This document shows, piece by piece, positions 8,536-16,784 of a DNA stretch of 64,000 nt. The stretch comes from Candidatus Micrarchaeota archaeon (lineage in GTDB: Archaea; Micrarchaeota; Micrarchaeia; Anstonellales; Bilamarchaeaceae). The stretch lies in contig JBDRPL010000005.1 in assembly GCA_043827025.1 (NCBI GenBank), forward strand, positions 35,569 through 99,568, given 5' to 3'. Positions within the stretch are counted from its first letter, which is position 1, and every line of letters begins with the position of its first letter. The notes beneath the pieces are model-generated. The model was given only the letters and a program-made list of their open reading frames with translations, did no database searches and was not told where the DNA came from. Both the position numbers and the translations under genes were made by a program.

Positions 8536-9024
8536 ATGGCAGAAGAAGTAAAAGAAGTAGTAAAGGAAGTACAGAAGGAAGTTCCAAAAGACTCACCAAA
8601 AGAAGTAGTAAAGGAAGTGCCAAGAGAAGTAAAGAAGACCAAGAATAAAGTGGCATTGCTTCACGTTTTCTCTTCAAAGAACGATACTATCATAACTGCA
8701 ACAGATCTGAGCGGTGCAGAGACACTTGCTTGGGCAAGCGGTGGAATGATGGTCAAGTCCGACAGAGAAGAAGGAAGGCCGTATGCTGCAATGCAAGCTG
8801 CAATCAAAGTGGTTAATCTTATAAAAGATAAAGGCATAACCCATGTTCATATACGCATTCGTGCACCGGGTGGAAATGGGACAAAGACCCCTGGTCCAGG
8901 TGCTCAGGCAGTTGTAAGAACAGTTGCAAGAGCAGGCGTTCGTATTGGTACTATCGAAGAAGTCACTCCGCTTCCAACGGACTCGATGAAGAGAAAGGGT
9001 GGAAGAAGAGGCAGAAGAGTATAA
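8536..9024 (+). CDS. rps11: 30S ribosomal protein S11 (uS11) with a KEVVKEV-repeat N-terminal extension
   Basis: 162 aa; S11 core [31 protein letters not shown]...[11 protein letters not shown]. Confidence 0.95.
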   Translation: MAEEVKEVVKEVQKEVPKDSPKEVVKEVPREVKKTKNKVALLHVFSSKNDTIITATDLSGAETLAWASGGMMVKSDREEGRPYAAMQAAIKVVNLIKDKGITHVHIRIRAPGGNGTKTPGPGAQAVVRTVARAGVRIGTIEEVTPLPTDSMKRKGGRRGRRV

Positions 9025-9036
9025 GGTGTTGTATTC

Positions 9037-9618
9037 ATGAAAGTAGCCATTGAAAAAGAGCACGAGAACAGGCTGGAGTTTTCAGTTGAAGGGATTACTC
9101 CGACATTTGCAAATGCCATAAGGCGTTATGCAATTGCAAGGGTTCCAATAATTGCGATTGATCAAGTGACTTTCTATGAAAACAGCTCCTATGTCTTTGA
9201 TGAATATCTTGCGCATAGGGTTGGGCAGCTTCCTTTGAAGACGCCTGACAAATTGAGTGAAAATGCGGAAATAACCCTTTCGCTTGATGCAACAGGGCCG
9301 AAACTTGTCAGTTCAAAGGACTTGAAGAGTTCTGATTCTCAGATTGTTGTTGTGAAGGACAATGTCCCTATAATTTCTCTGAACGAAGGACAAAGGCTTC
9401 AGTTCGAGGGAAAGGCAATTGTCGGTCGCGGAAGGACCCATGCAAAGTTCCAATCAGGTATAGTTGCCTATGGGATTGATGAAAAAACAGGCAAGATATC
9501 TTTCAAAGTAGAAGGATTTTATCAGATGCCTATAAAGGAACTTGTGATTCGTGCATGCACTCAGCTTGAGGATGATTTGGTTGAAATGACAAAGTTTCTT
9601 AAGAAAAAGTCGAAATAG
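9037..9618 (+). CDS. rpoD: DNA-directed RNA polymerase subunit D (Rpo3)
   Basis: 193 aa; RpoD/Rpb3 dimerisation-domain motifs ANAIRRYAIARVPIIAIDQV and HRVGQLPLK; short form without an Fe-S domain, as in some euryarchaea. Confidence 0.9.
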   Translation: MKVAIEKEHENRLEFSVEGITPTFANAIRRYAIARVPIIAIDQVTFYENSSYVFDEYLAHRVGQLPLKTPDKLSENAEITLSLDATGPKLVSSKDLKSSDSQIVVVKDNVPIISLNEGQRLQFEGKAIVGRGRTHAKFQSGIVAYGIDEKTGKISFKVEGFYQMPIKELVIRACTQLEDDLVEMTKFLKKKSK

Positions 9619-9708
9619 ATTTTTATATTCTTTCATTCTAGTTATTTGTTTCTTTAATTAGGTATTGTAGACAGGTTATTTGTGCATGTTTTGCACATGT
9701 TTTTATTT

Positions 9709-9792
9709 GCAGGGGTGGCGGAGTGGTCAAACGTGCTAGGTTGAGGGCCTAGTGGCTTAGTGCCTACGAGAGTTCGAACCTCTTTCCCTGCA
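9709..9792 (+). tRNA. tRNA-Leu(GAG), class II with a long variable arm
   Basis: GCAGGGG acceptor 5' strand / TCCCTGC-A 3' strand; 3-bp D-stem; perfect anticodon stem CTAGG-TTGAGGG-CCTAG (anticodon GAG); variable-arm hairpin GGC-TTAGT-GCC; T-arm GAGAG-TTCGAAC-CTCTT. Confidence 0.8.
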
Positions 9793-9796
9793 TACT

Positions 9797-9945
9797 GATC
9801 TGGTCTGAGGACACTAACCTTTTAGGTTCTCAGATTAGATCTCAAATCATGGCAAGAACGTCGCAACGTTCTTGACTGCCATTGTCGCAAGCGACAATAG
9901 CATGCCCTGAGGAACTCAGATCGGATCTGAGGTCTGAAGCTACTT
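9797..9945. repeat. structured intergenic block with several perfect hairpins and a GATC...GGTCTG motif that recurs at 14094-14115
   Basis: Inverted repeat gatctggtctgag / ctcagattagatc (9797-9841); hairpins caagaacg-tcgcaa-cgttcttg (9853-9874) and attgtcgc-aa-gcgacaat (9881-9898); ctcagatcggatctgaggtctgaa (9915-9938). Confidence 0.35.
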
Positions 9946-10024
9946 AACATTACAATGCCAAATTTAGCAAAATGTAGATCATCTCGCCGAGTGCTGTTCT
10001 GAGGAGAGAAGCTTATAAAGACTG

Positions 10025-10354
10025 CTACTGGCTTAACCAAACTAATTTGTTATTAGAATCAATAGGAAATCTACTTTTTAACGTATGTAAAAGGGTTCTA
10101 CTATCCCCTTTCTTTAAACAAAACCATGCCCCCATCAAACGATGGTATTCTCTAAGGGTTATTTTCGAATCTCCAATTTTTGTTTTAAGTCGTTCAAATG
10201 CCATTTTTTCAAAATCAAATTTTCTATTCGTTTCTTCTACTATCTCGGGTTCAATTTCTTTCTTTACCTGCGGTTTATTTTGCTTTTTTTCTTCAACCCT
10301 AGCGAATAAATCGTCTAGTATGGCATTCCATCTTTCAAGTTTTTCTCGATCCAT
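10025..10354 (-). CDS. hypothetical protein (about 109 aa from the internal Met MDREKLERW...)
   Basis: The ORF-track ORF 10025..10489 overlaps the upstream gene by 125 nt; the start at 10354 removes the overlap; no recognisable domain. Confidence 0.4.
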   Translation of the reverse strand: MDREKLERWNAILDDLFARVEEKKQNKPQVKKEIEPEIVEETNRKFDFEKMAFERLKTKIGDSKITLREYHRLMGAWFCLKKGDSRTLLHTLKSRFPIDSNNKLVWLSQ

Positions 10355-10364
10355 ATTAAAAACC

Positions 10365-11708
10365 CTATAAATCAATCTTATTGCCTTTTTTCGGGTGTAA
10401 TGCTCGATCCTTAAATAGTTCAGCATGATGAGTATGTATAGGTAAAACTTTTTTTGGATCAATCTCTTCAATGAATCCAAATATCTCACTCATAGCCGCA
10501 TGCCCGGAAGCGTGCAATTGGTGATATGTAAGACCGAAGGTATCAGTCCAATTATGTAAAACGTCATCAGAAACCTGAGAAATCGGATCCTCTTCAAAAG
10601 GTTCACTCATCGAATGAATACAAATTCCTCCTTTTGGTTTTATATCAATTAATTCAGTGAGTTGGAAAAAATCAAGCTCAAGAATACAATTGTTACAATT
10701 CTCAGAAACATATTCTGAATCAACACACTTTGGTAACATTGGTTTCTCCCATGGCTTGTAAACTTTCATTTCTCTACCATAAATTTTGATATGCTTATCT
10801 GAATATGGATCTGGCAAACCTATTGGATCATCTTTCAAAGATAAAAGCAAATGTGCCATCTTCATTGAGATTATCAAATCTTTTCCAGTTTCTTTTGCTA
10901 TCGAGTAAAACGTTCTAAATCTATCAATGTCTTTTGGATATCTCATGGCTAATATCAAACCTTTTGATTCTTGAACTACTTTTTTGCTCTCACTTTGCAC
11001 AATTGATTCTGTATGATTTTTTCGTGTTTCCTTTGGAGCAACTCTTGTTCCTTCTATAATCAAAACTTCAGGATCAAATTCCGATGCTTTTTTCACAAAA
11101 TCCTCGGTCATATCGCATCGTGGGCCATGCTTTCTCAAATCCCCAGAATAAGCGATATTTCCTTCTGAAGTTTCGATAACAAATCCATAAGCTCCAGGTA
11201 CAGAGTGGTCAACATGAACTGGGCAGACTTTGAAATCCCCTATTGAGAAGTCTTTTCCTGTTCTGAAAGTGTTAGTTTTAGTTTCTTCTTTGAAGAATTT
11301 CTGATTTGTTGTTTCTTGAGTAGAACCTAAAATAAGCTCAGTTGCTTCACCCAAATAAAGAGGAATGTCTGGATGTAAGTATTGCAAATGGGCAACATGA
11401 TCAAAATGAGCATGTGAAAGTATCACGCCGTCAAATTCTGGTTCTGCATAAGCCAGATCTGTTTTTTCCAAGACGTCTTTGGAGTATAAACCTTTGAGTT
11501 TTGGAATAAGATTAAATGCAAAATAATCCCTAAGTCCAAATCTTGCTCTTGGTGCAAGATATGCTTCAGGTACAAAATAATCATCTAAGAGATTAAATGA
11601 CTGTCCAAAATCCAAAAATATTCTTGACTTTTTATCTTCTATAAGAAATTTATTTCCGCCAATTTCGTTTATTCCACCATATGCAGTTATTGATGTCATA
11701 TTGCTCAC
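10365..11708 (-). CDS. beta-CASP family metallo-beta-lactamase ribonuclease (aRNase J / aCPSF2-like)
   Basis: 447 aa; MBL motif 2 SHAHFDHVAHL; beta-CASP motifs B and C near the C-terminus (HASGHAAMSEI...PIHTHH); N-terminal GGINEIGGNKFLIE...LDFG. Confidence 0.85.
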   Translation of the reverse strand: MSNMTSITAYGGINEIGGNKFLIEDKKSRIFLDFGQSFNLLDDYFVPEAYLAPRARFGLRDYFAFNLIPKLKGLYSKDVLEKTDLAYAEPEFDGVILSHAHFDHVAHLQYLHPDIPLYLGEATELILGSTQETTNQKFFKEETKTNTFRTGKDFSIGDFKVCPVHVDHSVPGAYGFVIETSEGNIAYSGDLRKHGPRCDMTEDFVKKASEFDPEVLIIEGTRVAPKETRKNHTESIVQSESKKVVQESKGLILAMRYPKDIDRFRTFYSIAKETGKDLIISMKMAHLLLSLKDDPIGLPDPYSDKHIKIYGREMKVYKPWEKPMLPKCVDSEYVSENCNNCILELDFFQLTELIDIKPKGGICIHSMSEPFEEDPISQVSDDVLHNWTDTFGLTYHQLHASGHAAMSEIFGFIEEIDPKKVLPIHTHHAELFKDRALHPKKGNKIDL

Positions 11709-12955
11709 TCCGTTAAATCTCTTATAAGTTCATAAACAGCATATAATTCACTAATTGTTTTTCTTACAAATGAAATTGTTTCGTCCTCACTCATCTTTAT
11801 TAAAGTTGCACGGGGCATCTCTTTACATATCTTAATTTCTAGTCCGTGATGTTTTCTTTTTAGAAGTTTTTTGAGTTTTTTAAAAATAATCAAATAATCA
11901 TTTTGTTCAGAAAAATCTAAATTCAAAGATAAGACTTCACTATATGAAGTTGGCGCATTTTTCCTGTTTTTGTCGCGTTCTATAAATTGAATAATAATTT
12001 TGTAACTTTTAGAATGTGTAGAACCTCCCTTTAATTGGTTAAACACTCGTGAAAGAGAAACGCCAGATTTGCGTAATTGGTCTGATTCAAGACAATCTTT
12101 AACTAACCTACGGATTTTAGCCTTGTTATTTAAAACTACAAATACCTCTAAACAACTTGGTGTCAGACCAGTAGAAATATGAGCAAAATCTTGTTGTCGT
12201 TCATATTTTGTTAGAACTGCACCAACCCACTGGTTTTCCATATTTAGCTTCGATTGATAAGCCAATGGTTTGACCCACATACTGCCTTTTTTAGGCTTAG
12301 CTTTTTTCAAGATTCCCTCAACTTTACTTTTTACATTCCTAGCCATTTCTTGATCTTCGAAAAATCCAAAATCTTTACTATTAAAATTTAATGTTGCCAT
12401 ATTATTCACCTCGAGATATTCAAGAAATTCAGTTAATAGAAAATTCACCAAAAGCTTCTTTTCAAATTTTTGTTGCATCTCTTTCAAGAAGGAATATACT
12501 TCTGGCCATTGATGCTTATTTTCTTTCTTAACATTAAGCAACTTACAATGTCTTCTAAGTTGATCTTTGTTTACGTTAGAACTTGTTTTGACCTCTACGA
12601 GTATTGCGAAGTTATCGTTATTACTATAAATCCAAGCGTCTGGAATACTATCATTAAGTTTAATTTTTCCATTTTCTCTCTTTTCTTTAGAATATATTAG
12701 CAAAACTGCTCTTTGTTTTTTAGATCTAAGATCTTTAGCTAAATCTCGATTTTGGAGTTCATATTTAATATTACTTCCAGAAGGAACCACGCTGGTAAAT
12801 TTTTTTATAAACTTACGGGTAATCTCAGGTTCGTCACATTTTTCTAATAAATTTATAAGTGATTTCGTAGTATTATTCTCTATCTGATACTCGTCTTTCT
12901 GTGGGTCAGAACTTTGAGTGCCATAATAATAAAATAAATTCTTATGTGGATCCAC
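11705..12955 (-). CDS. hypothetical protein with an N-terminal PD-(D/E)xK (Hjc-like) nuclease-fold domain and an unassigned 280-aa C-terminal region
   Basis: 416 aa; GTG start overlapping the HAD stop; stop overlaps the beta-CASP start by 4 nt (ATGA). Motifs LINLLEK...IPDAWIYSNNDNFAILVEVKTS match the E...D...EVK restriction-endonuclease-like core; compare Hjc DLVA...YLCIEVK. Confidence 0.6.
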   Translation of the reverse strand: MDPHKNLFYYYGTQSSDPQKDEYQIENNTTKSLINLLEKCDEPEITRKFIKKFTSVVPSGSNIKYELQNRDLAKDLRSKKQRAVLLIYSKEKRENGKIKLNDSIPDAWIYSNNDNFAILVEVKTSSNVNKDQLRRHCKLLNVKKENKHQWPEVYSFLKEMQQKFEKKLLVNFLLTEFLEYLEVNNMATLNFNSKDFGFFEDQEMARNVKSKVEGILKKAKPKKGSMWVKPLAYQSKLNMENQWVGAVLTKYERQQDFAHISTGLTPSCLEVFVVLNNKAKIRRLVKDCLESDQLRKSGVSLSRVFNQLKGGSTHSKSYKIIIQFIERDKNRKNAPTSYSEVLSLNLDFSEQNDYLIIFKKLKKLLKRKHHGLEIKICKEMPRATLIKMSEDETISFVRKTISELYAVYELIRDLTE

Positions 12956-13623
12956 TAAATTACCCCCGTTAATTCCTCAAATTTTTCTATTTCATAATCC
13001 GCTTGAATATTATCCTTGAACATCTGTCCGTATTTTGCTAGGCAAGTTTGCATACCTACCGCTTTAGCACCTTTAATGTCCCGTGTGGGATTATCACCAA
13101 CAAATAAAACTGCATCGGGTAATACTCCTAGTTTTTTTAGTGCCAATGTGAAAGCAGAAGGATGCGGTTTGAATTTTTGAGTGTCTGAATGTGTAATTAT
13201 AAAATCAAATTCATTTTCCAATCCAGTAATAATAAGTCGTTGCCAAACTTTGTTTCGTGGGCCATCAGAAACTATGCCCAATTTTACGCCTTTTTCTCTT
13301 ATTTTTCTAAGAGTTGGCTTTACCATTGGATAAGGTCGCAGAACTTCTGATTTTCTTTGTAAATAAGCCAAAATTCCAGCCTGTTGAATCTTTTCAGCTA
13401 GATTTACTTCTAATTTATACTGCTTAACTACTTCATAGAAAGTCTTTTGATATTCTATTCCTTTCTCATCATAAACCGAGAATATTTTTCCATAAACTTT
13501 TATTTCCTCATCTGGAAGGCCCTGCTTAATCATGGCCTTAGCGGCAGCTTTAGCAGTTTCTTTCTTGAAAGTAAGGAAATCCAGAAGCGTATTGTCCAAA
13601 TCGAAAAGAACTGCCTTAAACAT
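12955..13623 (-). CDS. HAD-superfamily hydrolase (subfamily IA phosphatase)
   Basis: 222 aa; motif I FDLDNTLLD, motif III lysine, motif IV VGDNPTRDIKGAKAVGM. Confidence 0.85.
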   Translation of the reverse strand: MFKAVLFDLDNTLLDFLTFKKETAKAAAKAMIKQGLPDEEIKVYGKIFSVYDEKGIEYQKTFYEVVKQYKLEVNLAEKIQQAGILAYLQRKSEVLRPYPMVKPTLRKIREKGVKLGIVSDGPRNKVWQRLIITGLENEFDFIITHSDTQKFKPHPSAFTLALKKLGVLPDAVLFVGDNPTRDIKGAKAVGMQTCLAKYGQMFKDNIQADYEIEKFEELTGVI

Positions 13624-13814
13624 GAATCAACCTTTAGAAAGATCATCTAAGTACTTAGTAAGAAATTTACTTACTGCCTCCTTTTTCTCTTCAAGGGAAT
13701 ACTCCTTTTTCTTTGCATTTTTCATTAACACACCTTGTCTATGTTTTTTATAGACATATCTGTTTAAAAGGTTAATGAAATTAAATATTACCATGACAGA
13801 AACGGTGCTTATCT

Positions 13815-14078
13815 CTACCTTTTACTCAGCCATTTGGCCCAGCAGCGCATACAATATACTACCTTGGCCACTCGCCCGTGGCTCGAACCCTTAGCTAACC
13901 GTATCTTGGAAAACGAAACTATGTCCTTTTTGTTTTCAGGACATATTTCCGGCTCTTTATCCATCTTGTCCAGCGCAGTGGCCAGACGCCTCGGATAGTT
14001 ATACAAATCTATATCCGCCATACCAATCACTCCGGCAGATGATCTATTTTTTATTTCCTGCAAAATTTGATACCACAA
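13815..14078 (-). CDS. questionable small ORF (67-87 aa) inside a GC-rich hairpin-rich segment; could instead be an ncRNA
   Basis: ORF-track ORF with no family match; the region carries GC-rich stems (gccactcgcccgtggc, atgtcctttttgttttcaggacat) unusual for this AT-rich genome. Confidence 0.2.
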   Translation of the reverse strand: MWYQILQEIKNRSSAGVIGMADIDLYNYPRRLATALDKMDKEPEICPENKKDIVSFSKIRLAKGSSHGRVAKVVYCMRCWAKWLSKR

Positions 14079-14218
14079 TGATAATTGGTTTGTGATCTCA
14101 GATCAGGTCTGTGAATTCTTCCCCTTGCATAGTCATTTTCTCTCAGTGCACTATTTTGTCGAAACACTGAGACTGAATCTCAACTTTCTTCCCCTGCACC
14201 ACTTCTTTTTCATAGTCA

Positions 14219-15409
14219 TTAGAACATGCTTTTGATCTTCTTTAGCGCTTCAGCCAATTTGTCCACATCTTCTTCTGTGTTGTAGATATAGAAACTTGCC
14301 CTTGAGGTTGCTGCCAGGTTTAGTCTTGTATGCAAAGGCATTGCACAGTGATGGCCACTTCTTGTTGCGACGTTGTATTCGCTTAGCATCGCAGAAACAT
14401 CGTGCGCGTGGATTCTGTCAATTGTGAATGGGATTATCCCGCCTCGCTGGTTCGTATCTTTTGGACCGTAGATCTTCACCAAGTTATCCAGTTTCTCAAA
14501 CGCATATTTTGTAAGTTTTATCTCGTGTTCTCTGATTCGCTTCATTCCAATCTTTTTTAGATAATCAATTGCAGTTCCAAGCCCGATCATTTCCGCGATT
14601 ATTGGGGTTCCAGCCTCAAACTTCAGCGGAACCTCATTCCAAGTAGTTTCTTCAACCTTTACTGATTTTATCATGTCTCCGCCATAGAGGAAAGGGTCCA
14701 TTTCTTCAAGCAGTTTCTTTTTTGCATACAGTGCGCCTGAACCGAAAGGGGCAAGCATCTTATGGCCTGAAAACACGAAGAAGTCGCAATCTATTCCCTT
14801 GACGTCGATTGGAATATGCGGGATGCTTTGGACCCCATCAATCAATGTGACAGCGCCTTCTTTCCTTGCTATTTGGCACAACCTTTTAACATCATTTATT
14901 GTTCCAAGTACATTTGAGCAATGGGTCACTGCAAAGAATTTGGCCCCTTTTAGCTTGTCCAATTCGCTATCCTTCAGCGTTCCATTATCATTGATGTCAA
15001 TAACTTCGAATTTTGCTTTCTTCTTTTTTGCAAGCTGCTGCCAGGGGATGAAATTGGCATGGTGTTCCATGATTGTTGTAACTATCTTGTCCCCTTCCTT
15101 GACGTTCTTTTCGCCCCATGCGCGCATAACAAGGTTGGTTGATTCAGTCGCTCCTTTTGTATAGATTATCTCTTTTTCTTCCCTTGCGCCAATAAAGTCC
15201 TTTATTTTTTTCCTTACTGCGTCATATTCAACTGTCGCATTCTCACTTAGCTTATATGTTCCTCTATGAACATTTGCATTTTCTTCGCTATAAAACTTAT
15301 TTAGTCGGTCAATAACGCATTTAGGCTTCTGGCTGGTTGCAGTTGAATCAAGATAAACAAGCTTTGGATTGCTCTGGAATATTGGAAAATCCTTCTTTAA
15401 TTCGTCCAT
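14219..15409 (-). CDS. sufS: cysteine desulfurase / selenocysteine lyase (class V aminotransferase, SufS-like)
   Basis: 396 aa; PLP-Lys region SGHKMLAPFGSG; N-terminal YLDSTATSQKP...ANVHRG; C-terminal active-site Cys region TRSGHHCAMP. Confidence 0.9.
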   Translation of the reverse strand: MDELKKDFPIFQSNPKLVYLDSTATSQKPKCVIDRLNKFYSEENANVHRGTYKLSENATVEYDAVRKKIKDFIGAREEKEIIYTKGATESTNLVMRAWGEKNVKEGDKIVTTIMEHHANFIPWQQLAKKKKAKFEVIDINDNGTLKDSELDKLKGAKFFAVTHCSNVLGTINDVKRLCQIARKEGAVTLIDGVQSIPHIPIDVKGIDCDFFVFSGHKMLAPFGSGALYAKKKLLEEMDPFLYGGDMIKSVKVEETTWNEVPLKFEAGTPIIAEMIGLGTAIDYLKKIGMKRIREHEIKLTKYAFEKLDNLVKIYGPKDTNQRGGIIPFTIDRIHAHDVSAMLSEYNVATRSGHHCAMPLHTRLNLAATSRASFYIYNTEEDVDKLAEALKKIKSMF

Positions 15410-15474
15410 GGATGGATATTCGGGATAATAGAATTAAAATGCTTCGATTACTGGTTGGAAAGCAGATAAACTAA

Positions 15475-16179
15475 TCAAATCTTCCTCAAGACTGTCAATA
15501 ACACAGGCATGAGCTTGGCCTCAGCCTTTCTTAGATGCTCTGCAAGCGTTGAAGGGCTCAGATCGAGTTTTTCAGCCAGTTCTTCGATACTGACTTTTTT
15601 AGGAATCTCATAATATCCCCAGTCGCAGGCCTTTGAGAATACTTCTAACTGTTTATCAGTCAGGACCTCCTTTGCAGATGTCAGGTCGAAGAAGCCGCTG
15701 GTCTTGAACATTCCAAGGCTCTTGACTTCATTTTCAGCAAGGTATCTCTTCTTTCTCAGCCTGACGTCCCATCCTTGCTCCTTCCAGGCACTTATGAGGT
15801 TGCTAAGGTCCTTGTAATTCTTTGCCATGAGGATTTCCTTATCAACCCCATGCCGGGTTACGGGGCTTTCAAGAAGCGTCACATTTGACTCATTAAGGAT
15901 GCTAAGGGTGAGGGATGAGAACTTGAAGGTTACTTTAAGGACTGCGCTATCAGGTTTGAGTAAGATTATCTCCACTCTCTTGACAAGTTCGTGCTTCCTT
16001 ATGAATTCTATGTCTTTTCTTGGATTTGGGGAAGTTAATTCAACCAGATAATCAACATTATCCTTTCTCATCCCAACGATCTGCAATGCTTTCAATTGGG
16101 CATCGGGATTGTGTTCTGTCAAATCAACGAACCAGCACGGATGGCTTATGTCAACTTCAAAGAATATAAGATCGCTCAT
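15475..16179 (-). CDS. transcriptional regulator with a C-terminal HTH_10 (bacterio-opsin activator-type) domain
   Basis: 234 aa; C-terminal LTDKQLEVFSKACDWGYYEIPKKVSIEELAEKLDLSPSTLAEHLRKAEAKLM is the characteristic HTH_10 signature. Confidence 0.75.
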   Translation of the reverse strand: MSDLIFFEVDISHPCWFVDLTEHNPDAQLKALQIVGMRKDNVDYLVELTSPNPRKDIEFIRKHELVKRVEIILLKPDSAVLKVTFKFSSLTLSILNESNVTLLESPVTRHGVDKEILMAKNYKDLSNLISAWKEQGWDVRLRKKRYLAENEVKSLGMFKTSGFFDLTSAKEVLTDKQLEVFSKACDWGYYEIPKKVSIEELAEKLDLSPSTLAEHLRKAEAKLMPVLLTVLRKI

Positions 16180-16255
16180 TCTGCACCATCTAGATTTTCG
16201 TTGATGCTATTTTTATTACTTGCTTAGATGTATGAAAAATAGAAAAAAGAAGAGA

Positions 16256-16714
16256 TTATTGAACCACTCCGTTCAATGTTCCTGCTTCCGAGTAGGTAAA
16301 TCCACTTGAAACATCAGTGTAGCCTATATTCAGATCCACTTTGAAAGATGTTCCTTTTGTGAATGTGCCCAGGTCTCCAACAGTTAATGTGCCTGTGCTT
16401 TTTCCAACTCCTAGATTAGTCACTGCAGGGCTTGATTCTATTGAAACATTAGAGTAAGTTGCATTTATTGTGTCGATATTTATTGTTTTTCCGACTTGGT
16501 TCTGCAATTTTACTGTCAATGTGCCGTCTTCAACCAGTTTGAAACCAACCACCTGTATTTCAGTGAAGGCTGCTGCCTTGTTACCAACAAAACTGCCTGT
16601 ATCAAAAATTCCCAATGCAAACAAGGCTGCTGCCACCAGAATAATAAGCACTATTGCCCAGCCGTAGGTCATTAAGAAATCAATAGCTGCTTGCCCTTTC
16701 TTTTCATTCTTCAT
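16256..16714 (-). CDS. archaeal type IV pilin (class III signal peptide)
   Basis: 152 aa; KKGQAAIDFLMTYGWAIVLIILVAA is the PibD/FlaK-type cleavage context followed by a hydrophobic helix; Thr/Gly/Ser-rich beta-domain. Confidence 0.8.
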   Translation of the reverse strand: MKNEKKGQAAIDFLMTYGWAIVLIILVAAALFALGIFDTGSFVGNKAAAFTEIQVVGFKLVEDGTLTVKLQNQVGKTINIDTINATYSNVSIESSPAVTNLGVGKSTGTLTVGDLGTFTKGTSFKVDLNIGYTDVSSGFTYSEAGTLNGVVQ

Positions 16715-16784
16715 CTCTTCACCTCAAATGAATATTGAAAAACTTTCATATTTAATCTTTATAAAGCTTGTCTAGGAATCATTT

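Noticed and set aside
9822-10040. 72-aa ORF on the minus strand
   Set aside because: Lies entirely within the hairpin-dense intergenic block; Arg/Cys-rich composition typical of translated GC-rich stems
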